NCBI GenBank assembly: GCA_963828165.1
Contig: CAWHDR010000001.1
Coordinates: 512,001-576,000 of the forward strand
DNA length: 64,000 nucleotides
Direction of reading: 5' to 3'
Source of the DNA: an uncultured Chloroflexia bacterium
GTDB taxonomy: Bacteria; Chloroflexota; Limnocylindria; Limnocylindrales; CSP1-4
Shown here: piece after piece, positions 9,216-20,328 of the stretch
How positions within the stretch are numbered: the first letter of the stretch is position 1
Layout of the letters: every line of letters begins with the position of its first letter
Program-made: the position numbers and the translations under genes
Notes under the pieces: model-generated
Databases searched by the model: none
The model's input: the letters and a program-made list of their open reading frames with translations, nothing else
What the model was told of the DNA's origin: nothing

Positions 9216-9800
9216 ATGGACGACCGACCTGAGCCGAACGTCACCCGCCTGCCGCCGGACAGCGGCCGCCAGGATCCCAATGCGGGCAGCGGCCGCGCGT
9301 ACACCTGGGAATGGGGACCGGACCAGGCGCGCCGCCCCGGCCTGCCCTGGGTCGGCGTCTTCCTGCTCGTATTCGGTGGGCTGCTGCTCGCCCGCGAGCT
9401 GTTCCCGGAGGCGCGCTCCCTCGGGTCGTTGATCGTGCTCGCGGTCGGCATCGCCTTCCTCATCAAGTGGGCAGTCGACCGCGGCACTGGCTCCCTGTAC
9501 GCCGGGGCGATCATCACCGCTCTCGCCGTCCCGGGCGTGCTCACCGACGCCGGACTCGCCCTCGAGGGCCTCGGCACGTTCTGCTTCGGGGTGGCCTTCC
9601 TGTTCATCGCCGCGGTCAGGGCTGCGTCCGGAGGCGGGCTCGGGTGGCAGGCCTGGTTCGGTGGATTGCTGGCGCTGCTGGGCGGCGTGAACATGCTCTC
9701 CCCGCAGGTCGGGGGCCTGGTCGTGCCGATCGCGCTGGTCGCACTCGGAGCTGTGCTCGTGTTCGGCGGCGCGTTCCGAGGGGCCGACCGCCGACGCTGA
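9216..9800 (+). CDS. multi-pass membrane protein (LiaF/LiaI-like)
   Basis: 194 aa with about 6 hydrophobic Gly-rich helices, co-oriented behind the MMPL gene. Confidence 0.7.
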   Translation: MDDRPEPNVTRLPPDSGRQDPNAGSGRAYTWEWGPDQARRPGLPWVGVFLLVFGGLLLARELFPEARSLGSLIVLAVGIAFLIKWAVDRGTGSLYAGAIITALAVPGVLTDAGLALEGLGTFCFGVAFLFIAAVRAASGGGLGWQAWFGGLLALLGGVNMLSPQVGGLVVPIALVALGAVLVFGGAFRGADRRR

Positions 9801-9806
9801 GCGGGC

Positions 9807-11210
9807 CTACTCCGCGGGGCTGGCCACCACCGGCAATCCGTCAGCCGCTTCGGCCACGGCTTCGGCGAGGACATCCGCGATCCGCACGAGCTCCTCGTCC
9901 GCGACGATGAACGGCGGTCCGAGCAATATCGTGTCGCCGTCGATGCCGTTCGCATTGCCGGTACCCGAGTAGACCAGCAATCCACGGCCCCGGGCCGCGA
10001 GGACGATCGCCTCCGTGACCCTCGCGGCACGCGGGTACGGCCGGCGGGTGGCCCGGTCCGCCACGAGCTCCAGACCGACCATCAGTCCCCGGCCACGGAT
10101 GTCACCGACCCGCTCATGGCCGTCGAGCCGCTCGTGCAGGAGCGCCAGCAGCCGTTCGCCCTTGCTGGCACTGGCGGCCACCAGGTCCTCGTCGTGGAGG
10201 ATGCGCAGGACCTCCCGGGCGACTGCCGCCCCGACCGGCGAGTGCGAGTACGTGAACCCGTGGACGAAGCCGGCGCCCGGAGCCATCACGGTCTCGAACA
10301 CCGGTCCCGCCGCCGCGACGAACCCGAACGGCCAATACCCGGACGTCGCGCCCTTGGCCGCGACCAGCAGGTCCGGCCTCACGCCCCAGTGGTCGAGGCC
10401 GAACCAGCGTCCCGTCCGGCCGAACCCGGTCATGACCTCGTCCGCGACGAGCAACACGCCGTGGCGTGCGCAGACCTCCGCGATGGCGGGCCAGTAGTCG
10501 TCCGGGGGCGCGGCGGCGGCGAGCGTGGCCCCGACGATCGGCTCCGCGACGAAGGCTGCCACGCGACCGGCACCCGCCTCGGTGATGGTCGTGTCGAGCT
10601 CGGCGGCGAGGGCCGATGCGTCGCCCAGGGCGTGGGCCGCGGCCTCGCCAGCGCGGTATGCGTAGGCCGCCGACACGTGGCGGAAGCGGCCCAGCCAGGG
10701 CTCGTACGGACGGCGCAATGGCGGACGGCCCGACAGGTCCAGGGCCCCGAGCGTGTTGCCGTGGTAGCTGCCGTGCCGGGCGATGACCACGTCACGGTCG
10801 GGTTCGCCGCGGGCGAGGTGGTAGGCACGGACCAGCTTGAGGGCCGTCTCGATGGCCTCGGAGCCGCCCGAGACCGGGTAGATCGCCGGGTCGTCCACGG
10901 GCAGGACCGCGGCGACCTCAGTGGCGTAGGCCTCCAGTGGCTCGGTCGTGAACGCGCTGCCGTGGGCGTAGGCCAGGCGGCCGCCCTGGCCGGCCATGAT
11001 CGCTGCGATGTCCGCGCGCCCATGACCCACGTTGACGACGATCGCCCCGCCGGCCGCATCGAGGTACTCCCGCCCGGCCGAGTCGCGGATGGTCGACCCG
11101 GACGCCGACACCGCGACCGGTGGCGCATCGACCGTCGTACGGCGGAAGACGCGACCGCGCGTGGGGGCGAAGACGGACCGAGGCTCAGGCATCGCCCGAT
11201 CGTAGGCCAT
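9807..11210 (-). CDS. class III PLP aminotransferase
   Basis: YLDAAGG, SGGSEAIETALK, SYHGNT, FVAEPIVG, DEVMTGFGRTG, AAKG, HGFTY; start may be ATG 11192. Confidence 0.93.
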   Translation of the reverse strand: MAYDRAMPEPRSVFAPTRGRVFRRTTVDAPPVAVSASGSTIRDSAGREYLDAAGGAIVVNVGHGRADIAAIMAGQGGRLAYAHGSAFTTEPLEAYATEVAAVLPVDDPAIYPVSGGSEAIETALKLVRAYHLARGEPDRDVVIARHGSYHGNTLGALDLSGRPPLRRPYEPWLGRFRHVSAAYAYRAGEAAAHALGDASALAAELDTTITEAGAGRVAAFVAEPIVGATLAAAAPPDDYWPAIAEVCARHGVLLVADEVMTGFGRTGRWFGLDHWGVRPDLLVAAKGATSGYWPFGFVAAAGPVFETVMAPGAGFVHGFTYSHSPVGAAVAREVLRILHDEDLVAASASKGERLLALLHERLDGHERVGDIRGRGLMVGLELVADRATRRPYPRAARVTEAIVLAARGRGLLVYSGTGNANGIDGDTILLGPPFIVADEELVRIADVLAEAVAEAADGLPVVASPAE

Positions 11211-11285
11211 GCGTCGCCGGGGCGCCGCCCCGCCGCCGGCTATCGCGAACGCCGACGCGGTCCCCCTCCCCTAGGATGGACGGGG

Positions 11286-14200
11286 ATGCAGCATCTCGAT
11301 GTCGAGCTCGGCCGCGACGAACCCGAGGCATACATCGCCCGGGACCGCCGCCGAGCGCTCGCGACCCGGACCGAGATGCCCGATCGGGTCCGCGGCGCGG
11401 CACTGTTCGCCGACGTCTCGGGATTCACGCCGCTGACCGATGCCCTCGCGAATGAGCTCGGCTCGCAACGTGGCGCCGAGGAGCTCACCGCCAACCTGGG
11501 CCGCGTCTTCCACGCCGTCATCGAAGAGCTCGATCGCCACGGGGGCGACGTCATCTACTTCTCCGGCGATGCCATCACCTGCTGGCTCGATGGCGACGAC
11601 GGCCTGCGTGCGACCGCGGCCGCGCTGGCGATGCAGGCCGCGATGGCCCGCGTCGGGACGATCCGGACGCCGGCCGGGACGACGGTCCAGCTCGCCCTGA
11701 AGGTCGCCGTGGCCGCAGGTGACGCCCGCCGGTTCGTGGTGGGCGACCCCGAGATCCAGCTCATCGACGTCCTGGCCGGCGCCCTGATCGACGACCTCGC
11801 GGAGACCGAGCATTACGCCGAGAAGGGCGAGGTCGTGCTCGATCCATCGGCGGTCGCGGGCCTTGGTGACCGGGTCCGGATCGCGGACTGGCGTGACGCC
11901 GCCGGCGGCGATCGCCGGTTCGGGGTCGTCGAGTCGCTCCTTGCGGATGTCCCGACGCGTGCCGTGGAGGAGCCGCCACCGTTGGATGACGAACTCGTCC
12001 GACCGTGGCTGCTCCCCGTGGTGTGGGAACGGCTCCGCGCCGGCCGCGGCGAGTTCCTGGCCGATCTGCGGCCCGCCTTCCCATTGTTCCTGCGCTTCGG
12101 GGGCATCGACTACGACCATGACGAGGACGCCATCGAGAAGCTCGACGACTTCGTCCGGCACGCGCAACGGATCATGGCCGGCTTCGGTGGGAACGTCCTG
12201 CAGCTGACGCTGGGCGACAAGGGCGCCTACCTGTACGGCGTGTTCGGCTCACCGGTCGCGCACGAGGACGACGCGGCGCGAGCGGCCGCAGCGGGCCTGG
12301 AGCTGCGCGACCTGGAACGCACGACCCATGCCCGCGACATCCAGATCGGCATCACCCACGGTCGGCTCCGCAGCGGCACGTATGGGCACGCGATGCGTCG
12401 GACGTTCGTCTGCCTCGGTGACGCGGTGAACCTGTCGGCCAGGCTGATGTCGGCAGCGGCACCGGGGAGCATCGTCGTCGGGGACGAATTGCACGACCTG
12501 GCCGGTGACGCGTTCCTGTGGGAGCGCCTGCCCGACTTGAAGGTCAAGGGCAGGACCTGGGACATCGTGGCGTATCAGCTGACCGGCTCACTCGAGCGCG
12601 CCTCCCGGCGTCGGATCCGCTACGAGTTGGAGCTCGTCGGCCGGCGCGGGGAGCTCGCCGCGCTCGACGAGGGCCTCGAGGCCGCGCTCGCGGGAGAAGG
12701 CGGGATCGTCGGGATCGCCGCGGAGGCCGGCATGGGCAAGTCGCGCCTCGTCGCGGAGTTCGTGCGTAGCGCCCGACGGCGCGGCGTTTTCGTCGCCTTC
12801 GGGGAGTGCCAGTCGTTCGGCACGAACGCGAGCTACTTCGTGTGGCGCGAGATCTGGCGACGCCTGCTTCGGGTCGAGGACGCCGACTCGGACGACGAGC
12901 AACGGCGGGGAGTCGAGGCGGCGCTCGAGGCGATCGATCCGGCGCTCGCGCCCCGCGCTCCCCTGCTCGCGACCGTGCTCGGGCTGGAGATCCCGGACAA
13001 CGACCTGACGGCCGCGCTCGACGCGAAGCTGCGCAAGGCGTCGCTCGAGGATCTCCTCGCGACGTGCCTTCGCGACCGGGCCGCCGGCGAGCCGCTCGTC
13101 CTGGTACTCGAGGACTGTCACTGGATCGACGCGCTGTCGCGCGACCTGCTCGAAGCGCTCGGCCGGGCCGCGCTCGGGCTGCCGGTCCTGATCGTCCTGG
13201 CCTATCGCCCGACCAACGAGCCCGGTGGCGGTCTCGGCGTCGAACGCCTGCCGTCGTTCTCGGAGATCGGCCTCGCCGAGCTCGACGCCCACGACGCGGC
13301 CGAGCTGATCCGCTCCAAGCTCGACCAGGTCCGAACCACGGGCGGGGAGGCGGGGTCAGGGTCGGAGGCTGGGGAGGCCCTCGTAGCGCTTGTCATCGAG
13401 CGATCCGGCGGCAATCCGTTCTACATCGAGGAGCTCATCACCTACATCTCATCGCACGGCGTGGACCCGGGTGACGCCGCCGCCGTTCGTGCACTGGAGC
13501 TGCCGGAGAGCCTGCACAGCCTCGTTCTGTCACGGATCGATACGATGGGCGAGGAACCGCGCCGTACCCTCAAGGTCGCCAGCGTCGTCGGGCGCGTGTT
13601 CGAGGCGCCGGTGCTGCCCGGCGCATACCCGGAGCTCGGCGGCCTCGACACGGTCATCGAGCAGCTCGACACCCTGCGTGCCGCCGATCTGGTCAACCTC
13701 GATCGCGAAGCCGATCAGGCCTACCTCTTCAAGCACGTCGCCACCCAGGAGGTCGCCTACGAGAGCCTGCCATTCGGCCTTCGGGCGATGCTCCACGGCC
13801 GGGTCGGCGGCTACATCGAACGCTCCGACCCGGACGCGATCGAGCGACGACTGGACCTCCTGGCGCACCACTTCTGGAACAGCGATGACGAGGAGCGCAA
13901 GCGGTCGTACCTCGCGCGCGCCGCCGACGCCGCCCGTGCCTCCTACGCGAACACCGCGGCCATCGACTACCTGACCCGCCTGGTCCCGCTGCTCGAGGGG
14001 GCCGAGCGCACGGACGCGATGCTCAAGCTGGCCAAGGTCCATGAGCTCGTCGGTGACTGGCCGGTGGCCGAGTCCGTCGCGGGGGAGGCGTTATCCCTCG
14101 CGACCGGCCTGGGCGACCGGAGCGCGCAGGGGTGGAGCCACGCGGCCCTGGCCGAGATCGCTCGCAAGCAGGGTCGGTTCGATGACGCCACCGGGCATTT

Positions 14201-15026
14201 GGACGAGGCGCAGGCCGCCTTCGAGGCCGTCGGCGCGGACGACGGGACGGGCCAGGTCCTCCACCTGGCGGGGACCGTGGCGGCCCAGCGCGGCGACTAC
14301 GACGCGGCCCAGGCCCGCTACGAGGAGAGTCTCGCCATCCGCCAGCGGCTCGACGACAAGGCGAGCATGGGCGGCCTCTATTCCAACCTCGGGGTCATCG
14401 CCGAATACCGGGGCGACTACGCCGGGGCGCGCGCCCTCAACGAGCAGGCGCTGGCCATCCGGACCGAGGTCGGCGATCGCTGGGCGATCGGCGTTTCCCA
14501 GAACAATCTCGGGATGATCGCGCTCCACGAGCGCGCGTTCGGTGAGGCGAGTGAGCGGTTCGAGGAGTCGATCCGCCTGAACCGCGAGGTGGGCGACGCC
14601 TGGATGGTCGCGATCGGTCACAACAACCTCGGCACGGCGACGCGCGGCCTGGGCGATCACATCGCCGCCCGCGAGCACTACGCGGCGAGCCTCCGGGTGT
14701 ACCGCGACTACGACGACCGTTGGGCCCTCGCGTTCCTGCTCGAGGACATCGCCGTCCTGGCCGGGCAGGCGGGGGATCCGGAGGTGGCCTTCGAGCTGCT
14801 CGGCGCCGCGGAGAGCCTGCGGACGACGATCGGGTCCCCCCGCGGCGCCGTCCTTGAGCAGGAGCTGGCCGATCGATTCGCCGCCGCGCGCTCGAGCTTG
14901 GGGAACGTGGCCGCGGACGCCGCGGTGGAACAAGGGCGCTCGATGGATCTCCACGACGCACTTGAGCTGGCGGTCTCGATCTGTGCATCGCTTGGCGTCA
15001 GCCAGACGCGTGACCAGGACTATTGA
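11286..15026 (+). CDS. soluble-type adenylate/guanylate cyclase (tandem class III domains) with STAND NTPase and TPR repeats
   Basis: ATG 11286; LFADVSGFT, FSGDA, LGDKG, GDAVNLSARL; Walker A AEAGMGKS, Walker B LVLEDCHW, GGNPFYIEEL; C-terminal TPRs (NLGVIA, NNLGMIA, NNLGTA). The ORF-track extension to 10116 is antisense shadow. Confidence 0.92.
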   Translation: MQHLDVELGRDEPEAYIARDRRRALATRTEMPDRVRGAALFADVSGFTPLTDALANELGSQRGAEELTANLGRVFHAVIEELDRHGGDVIYFSGDAITCWLDGDDGLRATAAALAMQAAMARVGTIRTPAGTTVQLALKVAVAAGDARRFVVGDPEIQLIDVLAGALIDDLAETEHYAEKGEVVLDPSAVAGLGDRVRIADWRDAAGGDRRFGVVESLLADVPTRAVEEPPPLDDELVRPWLLPVVWERLRAGRGEFLADLRPAFPLFLRFGGIDYDHDEDAIEKLDDFVRHAQRIMAGFGGNVLQLTLGDKGAYLYGVFGSPVAHEDDAARAAAAGLELRDLERTTHARDIQIGITHGRLRSGTYGHAMRRTFVCLGDAVNLSARLMSAAAPGSIVVGDELHDLAGDAFLWERLPDLKVKGRTWDIVAYQLTGSLERASRRRIRYELELVGRRGELAALDEGLEAALAGEGGIVGIAAEAGMGKSRLVAEFVRSARRRGVFVAFGECQSFGTNASYFVWREIWRRLLRVEDADSDDEQRRGVEAALEAIDPALAPRAPLLATVLGLEIPDNDLTAALDAKLRKASLEDLLATCLRDRAAGEPLVLVLEDCHWIDALSRDLLEALGRAALGLPVLIVLAYRPTNEPGGGLGVERLPSFSEIGLAELDAHDAAELIRSKLDQVRTTGGEAGSGSEAGEALVALVIERSGGNPFYIEELITYISSHGVDPGDAAAVRALELPESLHSLVLSRIDTMGEEPRRTLKVASVVGRVFEAPVLPGAYPELGGLDTVIEQLDTLRAADLVNLDREADQAYLFKHVATQEVAYESLPFGLRAMLHGRVGGYIERSDPDAIERRLDLLAHHFWNSDDEERKRSYLARAADAARASYANTAAIDYLTRLVPLLEGAERTDAMLKLAKVHELVGDWPVAESVAGEALSLATGLGDRSAQGWSHAALAEIARKQGRFDDATGHLDEAQAAFEAVGADDGTGQVLHLAGTVAAQRGDYDAAQARYEESLAIRQRLDDKASMGGLYSNLGVIAEYRGDYAGARALNEQALAIRTEVGDRWAIGVSQNNLGMIALHERAFGEASERFEESIRLNREVGDAWMVAIGHNNLGTATRGLGDHIAAREHYAASLRVYRDYDDRWALAFLLEDIAVLAGQAGDPEVAFELLGAAESLRTTIGSPRGAVLEQELADRFAAARSSLGNVAADAAVEQGRSMDLHDALELAVSICASLGVSQTRDQDY

Positions 15027-15058
15027 CGCCAGCGAGCAACAAATAGTGCGTTTTACGC

Positions 15059-15087
15059 TTGCACCGCCCGGGTTCGGGGGATAAGGT
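15059..15087 (+). promoter_or_regulatory. sigma70-type promoter of the giant secreted protein
   Basis: TTGCAC-N17-TAAGGT in an AT-richer intergenic patch. Confidence 0.5.
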
Positions 15088-15147
15088 CGCACTCCGAGGG
15101 GTAGGCCGCCAGCTGGCGGCGGGTGCAGAGCGCGCGAGGGTGAAATC

Positions 15148-18100
15148 GTGAGTTTGCTGGGGACGTCTGTCGTTGTGTCTGACAACCCACGGCTGCGCCG
15201 TGGCTGGAGACGGGCTCCCGTCGTGCGCCGCGCGATCGCGCTGTTGCTGCCAGCCCTGCTCGTCGCTCAGCTGCTGCCGCAGTTCGCTCCAGTCGCCCTG
15301 GCCGCGGACGTGGTCGGTGTCGCGCTCAACAACGGCGTCACCGGCTCGGGATACACCGGGTTCAACGGCAATGCGACCAACCCGAACGCGCAGGACCTTA
15401 CGGCCCTGGGCGCCACCGACTGGCGGATCTGGGGCACGAGCGCAGGCGAACCGCTCCTGGCCGGCAGCGCCCGCAAGAGCGGTGGATCCGGGATCAGCTC
15501 CCTCTCCGACATCCAGCAGATCCCGAACATCCCGCTCCGTGCGCTGGGCCCGCTCGGTCTGTCGGTCGGCAACGGTTCGTCGACCTTGCCGTTCTCGTTT
15601 GCCTGGTCCGACGGCGCGTCCCCCGTCAGCGCCACCGCGACGAAGGGCGGGCTTCAGCACAACGCCCCGGCTGGCGGCTCCGTCGGCTACGGCTTCGGGC
15701 TCAGTGTGCCTGCATCCACGACGTCGCAGCGCCTTACCTTGTGGGTCTCCGCCCATCATGGCACCGGAAAGCTGACCGCCAACATCGGCAGCACCGTCCA
15801 GACGAACACGGGCGTGACCGGCGGCCAGAACCACGGCGGCGTCTACACGATCGACTTCTCCGGAGATGGCGTCGAGGAGGTCCTCGAGGTCGCGTACGTC
15901 CTGGACTCGCTGAGCCCGTCGCCCGACGAGGTCGGCCTCCCCTCGACCGAGGCAAACGTCGTCGTATACGCGGCGGCGCTGTCCCCGACGCCCGGGGCGA
16001 CTGTCCAGGCGCCTGTCCTCTATCAAGCGATTCCGGGAGGCACGCAACCAGGCGCTGATCAGCGGCCGCCTCACCGGCAGTCCCACGACGACGTATGAGG
16101 TGACCGTCAAGACAGCCGCGTCGTGCGTTGCCGGCGTGCTCGGCGCGGGCGGCTCCACCCTCGCAGTGGGCGGCTCGCCCTCGTTCTCTGTCACCACCAA
16201 TGCGAGCGGTCAGGCCGACTTCAGCTCGCTTGCGCCAAATGGTTCGGCTCTCGCCGCGTACGTGACCGCGGAAGTGACCGGCCCAGGCTCGATCACCAGC
16301 GCACCTTCCTCGTGCATCGTCGCTGGGGAAGATAACGACACGTGGCCGCGCGCCCGGGCGATCTCTTTGGTCGAGGGGGGCGGATCGGCGGCCGGCCATA
16401 TCGACGACGCTGGGCGGGCGCGCTGGTTCAAGGTTGCGATCCAGCCGGGCCAACGCCTGAACCTGACGTTGTCGGGCCTCCCGGCCGACTTCGACATGTT
16501 CGTGTTCCGGGACATCGCGAAGACCTATGCCTCCCTCACGAGTACGACGGATCTCACGCGTCTCAGCGCGGAATTCGCCCCCTCGGCGTTTTCCCCGTCG
16601 GCGTTCTCGCCCTCAGCGTTCTCTCCCTCAGCGTTCTCGCCCTCAGCGTTCTCCCCTTCGGCCTTCTCCCCTTCGGCCTTCTCGCCATCCGTTTTCTCAC
16701 CGTCCGCGTTCAGTCCGTCCGCGTTCTCGCCGTCGGCCTTCAGCCCGTCGGCGTTCTCGCCCTCGGCGTTCAGCCCGTCGGCGTTCAGCCCTCGGCGTTC
16801 AGCCCGTCGGCGTTCAGCCCGTCGGCGTTCAGCCCGTCGGCGTTCAGCGCGGACACCTATGCGAGCGCGCAGATCCGAAGCCTCATCACGGGCTCCGGAA
16901 ACGCCGGACTGACCAGCGAAAGCATCGTGGTCGACACGTGGAATAACACCGGCGACTTCTACATCCGAGTCAACGGCAAGAACGGCGCCTCGAGCCTCGC
17001 GCCCTTCACGCTCGGCATCACCGTCGTCGGCAGCGACTGTGATGGAGTACTACCCGTGGCCGCCGACAGCTTCGTTGCCCCGGCGGGCAGCTATGAGACC
17101 CTGATCTTGAGCGATCTGTCCCGCATGGACGAGGCCGTCACCGGCAACGCGGTGGCGGACAAGACGGCCCTCGCCGCCGACCTCGAGACCTTCGCGGCTC
17201 TGCCAGAGATCCGCGGTGACGTCGTCGACGTCAGCAGCCGGCCACGAATCGTGGCGCTCAACACCCAGGCCGACGACGCGACGACCTGCATGTACGCCAA
17301 GAACCTCGTCGCCTCGTCGATCCGTGATCTGGTGACGGCGTACCGCGCCACGAATCCCGGCTTGAAGTACGTCGTGATCGTCGGTGCCGACGACGCCATC
17401 CCATTCTTCCGATACCCCGACCAGGCACTGCTCGGCCCCGAAGCGGAGTTCGCCGCGCCCGTGAACAGTGGTACGGCCTCCGACGCGAGTCTGCGCGCGA
17501 ATTACGTGCTCGGGCAGGACGCCTACGGCGCATCGATCGACCTGTCGGTCCGGGCCTCCACGTTCCCGATCCCGGACCTCCCGGTCGGGCGCCTCGTCGA
17601 AACAGCCGCCGAAGCGTCACGCATGATCGATGCGTATGGCTCGACGAACCGCGGGACGGTCGACACTCCGACGTCTGCCCTTGTCACGGGTTACGACTTC
17701 CTCGATGACGCCGCCCGCGAAGTCAGCGACGAACTCGATGCGGGTATGGGCACGGCCGGGACGGTCAACGAAGTGATCTCGAGCAGCGATGTGGCGCCAC
17801 TGGCCCTCTGCGGTCTTCCGTCCGCGGCGCCGCTCAGCCTCCCTGATTGCTCCTGGGATGCGAACGCCCTGCGTACGGCGCTCCTTGGCTCGCCTCACGA
17901 CCTGGCATTCCTGGCCGGCCACTTCAGCGCCAACAGCGCCCTGGCGGCCGACTTCCGGACGAACCTGCTCACGACGGACCTCGCCGCCTCGCCGGTCGAC
18001 CTCCGGAGTTCCATCGTCTTCAGCGCGGGCTGCCACTCGGGGTACAACCTCGTCGATGGTGACGCGATCACCGGTGTCAGCCTGCCGCTCGATTGGGCGC

Positions 18101-20223
18101 AGGCCTTCGCCCAGAAGCGATCCATCCTGATCGCCGGGACCGGCTACCAGTACGGTGATACCGACTTCCTCGAGTACAGCGAACGGCTGTACCGCGACTT
18201 CGCGCGCGAGCTTCGCGCCGGGGCAGCCGGGACGGCGATCTCCGTCGGTGAGGCCCTCGTCCGGGCCAAGGTGACCTACCTCGCGACCACGCCGGACATC
18301 CGTGGCATCCACGAGAAGGCCATCCTCGAGGCGACCCTTTTCGGCCTCCCGATGTTCGGCGTGACGATGCCGGCCGGCCGTGGTGCGACACCGGGCACCG
18401 GTGGCCCACTCGCGACGACCGCGGTCACGACGGAGCCCGCGGCCTCGCTTGGACTCGCCACCCATGACCTGACCCTCACGCCGACGCTGACCCCGCAAAA
18501 TCGTCTGCTCAAGAACCCGCCCTACGACGCGACACCGGGGACCTTCACGGACGCCAAGTGGCTGTCCGGACCCAACGGCGTCGTCACCAACCCCGCCGAG
18601 CCGGCACTGCCGCTCGTCGCCCGGAACGTCACGGCCACAGACGACGACCTCGTCCTGCGCGGCGTCGGGTTCCGCGGCGGAACCTACGTGGACACGCCGG
18701 GGATCGTCCCGCTCACCGGAGCACCCACCACGGAGCTGCGTGGCGTGCACGCCCCGTTCGTCTCGCCCGTGTTCTACCCGATGCGCCTCTGGAGCCCGAA
18801 CTACTTCGGGGCACTGGGCGAGCACGGTGGCACGAACCTCCTCGTGACACCGGTCCAGCACAAGACGGACAACCCGCTCCTCGGGACGAGCATCCAGCGC
18901 AAGTACACCGGACTCGACCTGAAGCTGTACTACAGCGGCAATCTGACAGCGGCGGCCCTGTCCGACGCCCCGACCATCGTGGATGTCCAGACCGAAACCG
19001 TCTCGGGCAACGTCAACTTCACGGTCCAGGTCGTGGGCGATCCCAAGGCGGCCGTCCATGGCGTCTGGATCACCTTCACGGGCGGCACCGGCACCTGGGC
19101 GCCGCTCGACCTCACCCAGGACGCGACCGATTCTCGTCTCTGGACGGGCACGCTGCCATCGGCATCGGCGCCGGCGAACCTCAAGTTCGTCGTCCAGGCC
19201 GTCAACGGCTTCGGCCTCGTCTCGTTCGACGACAACCGTGGTGCCTACTACGCTGCTGCCGGCAGCGCCGGTGGGGCCGCGGAAACCTCCCTCGAGCTGA
19301 TCGCCCCGCCGACCAGTGGGACGTTCGGCCAGAGCCCGGCCATCACGGTCGAACTCAAGGCGGGCTCCACACTGCTCGCCAACAAGCCCGTCGTGATCGG
19401 CATCGGTGGTTCCGGCGCCGTCGGCGTGACCGGCTCCAACGGGCGCGCCACGGTCCGCGTGCCCCTCTCGACGTCACCTGGCACGACCCAGATCCAGGCC
19501 TCGTTCGGTGGTGACGCCACCCACGCAGCATCGAGCGATTCGGCCGAACCGTTCACGATCGCCAAGGCGACCGCGAGCCTGTCGCCGTTCAGCGCATTCG
19601 TGACGCAGACGCCGACCACGAACACGGGCGCCGTGACCACGCTCAGCGCGGCGCTGGGCGGCCCGACGCCCGTGCCACTCACCACCAGCCCGCTCATCCA
19701 GCGGACCGTGACCTTCACGCTGACCGGGCCGGTCACCAGGACCATCTCCACCATCACCGATTTCCTCGGCCAGGCGAAGCTGCCCAAGGGTCTGCCCGCG
19801 GGTACGTACAACGTCACGGCGACCTTCGATGGCGACAGCACGTTCACGAGTGCGACCCGCACGGGCTCCCTCATCATCGCCCCGTTCACCGGGTTCTTCT
19901 CCCCGGTCGACAGCCTGCCAACGCTCAATACCGTCAACGCGGGTTCCAGCATCCCGGTCAAGTTCAGCCTGGGCGGCAACCGCGGCCTGGCGATCTTCGC
20001 GACGGGCTACCCGCTGGCTTCGAAGATCACGTGCGACTCCGGCCTCCCCGTAGACGCGATCGAGGAGACGACGACATCAGCCAGCGGACTCGTCTACGAC
20101 GCGGCTACCAACCAGTACAAGTACACGTGGAAGACGCCAAAGACTTATGCGGGCGCCTGCTACCGGCTCGACCTCAAGATGATCGACGGCAGCGCCTTCA
20201 GCGCGAACTTCAAGTTCAAGTAG
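15148..20223 (+). CDS. secreted protein of about 1690 aa: PPC-like domain with PSAFS repeat insert, C25/gingipain-like protease domain, Ig-like domains, PxKF domain (two compensating frameshifts)
   Basis: Joins ORFs 15148..16098, 16100..16912 and 16342..20223 through a +1 shift near 16045 (NQALISGRLTGSPTTTYEVTV continues) and a -1 shift at 16790. Signal peptide ...APVALA|AD; YVVIVGADDAIPF, LAFLAGHF, IVFSAGCHSG; C-terminal FTGFFSPVD...AGSSIPVKFSL. Confidence 0.8.
16580..16848 (+). repeat. 18x 15-bp coding tandem repeat encoding (PSAFS)n
   Basis: 17 PSAFS plus one PSVFS; synonymous codons vary (Ser as TCN and AGY); unit 15 at 16790 is 14 bp. Confidence 0.95.
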
Positions 20224-20282
20224 TCCCGGTCGACCCGCTGGGCGCCGCGTGCGCCCAGCCGGGAACATCGGGAACCGGCATG

Positions 20283-20312
20283 GGGAACCGGCAGGGGCCG
20301 GGCGGTGTAGTC
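20283..20312 (+). promoter_or_regulatory. ECF sigma-type promoter (autoregulatory)
   Basis: GGAACC-N15-GTGTA; same motif and spacing at 21735-21764. Confidence 0.7.
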
Positions 20313-20328
20313 AGTGCGGATCCGATAC

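Noticed and set aside
10116-11285. Apparent 390-aa N-terminal extension of the cyclase
   Set aside because: Antisense shadow of the aminotransferase; cyclase-like sequence starts at about 11286.
15027-15060. CRP-like cAMP-responsive site upstream of the protease promoter
   Set aside because: No convincing TGTGA-N6-TCACA match.
16580-16848. 15-bp tandem array as a CRISPR or non-coding VNTR
   Set aside because: No unique spacers, unit too short, variation almost entirely synonymous, and no cas genes.
16790-16912. SARRR-repeat tail of ORF 16100..16912 and VQPVG repeats of ORF 16342
   Set aside because: Off-frame readings of the PSAFS repeat caused by the 1-bp deletion at 16790.
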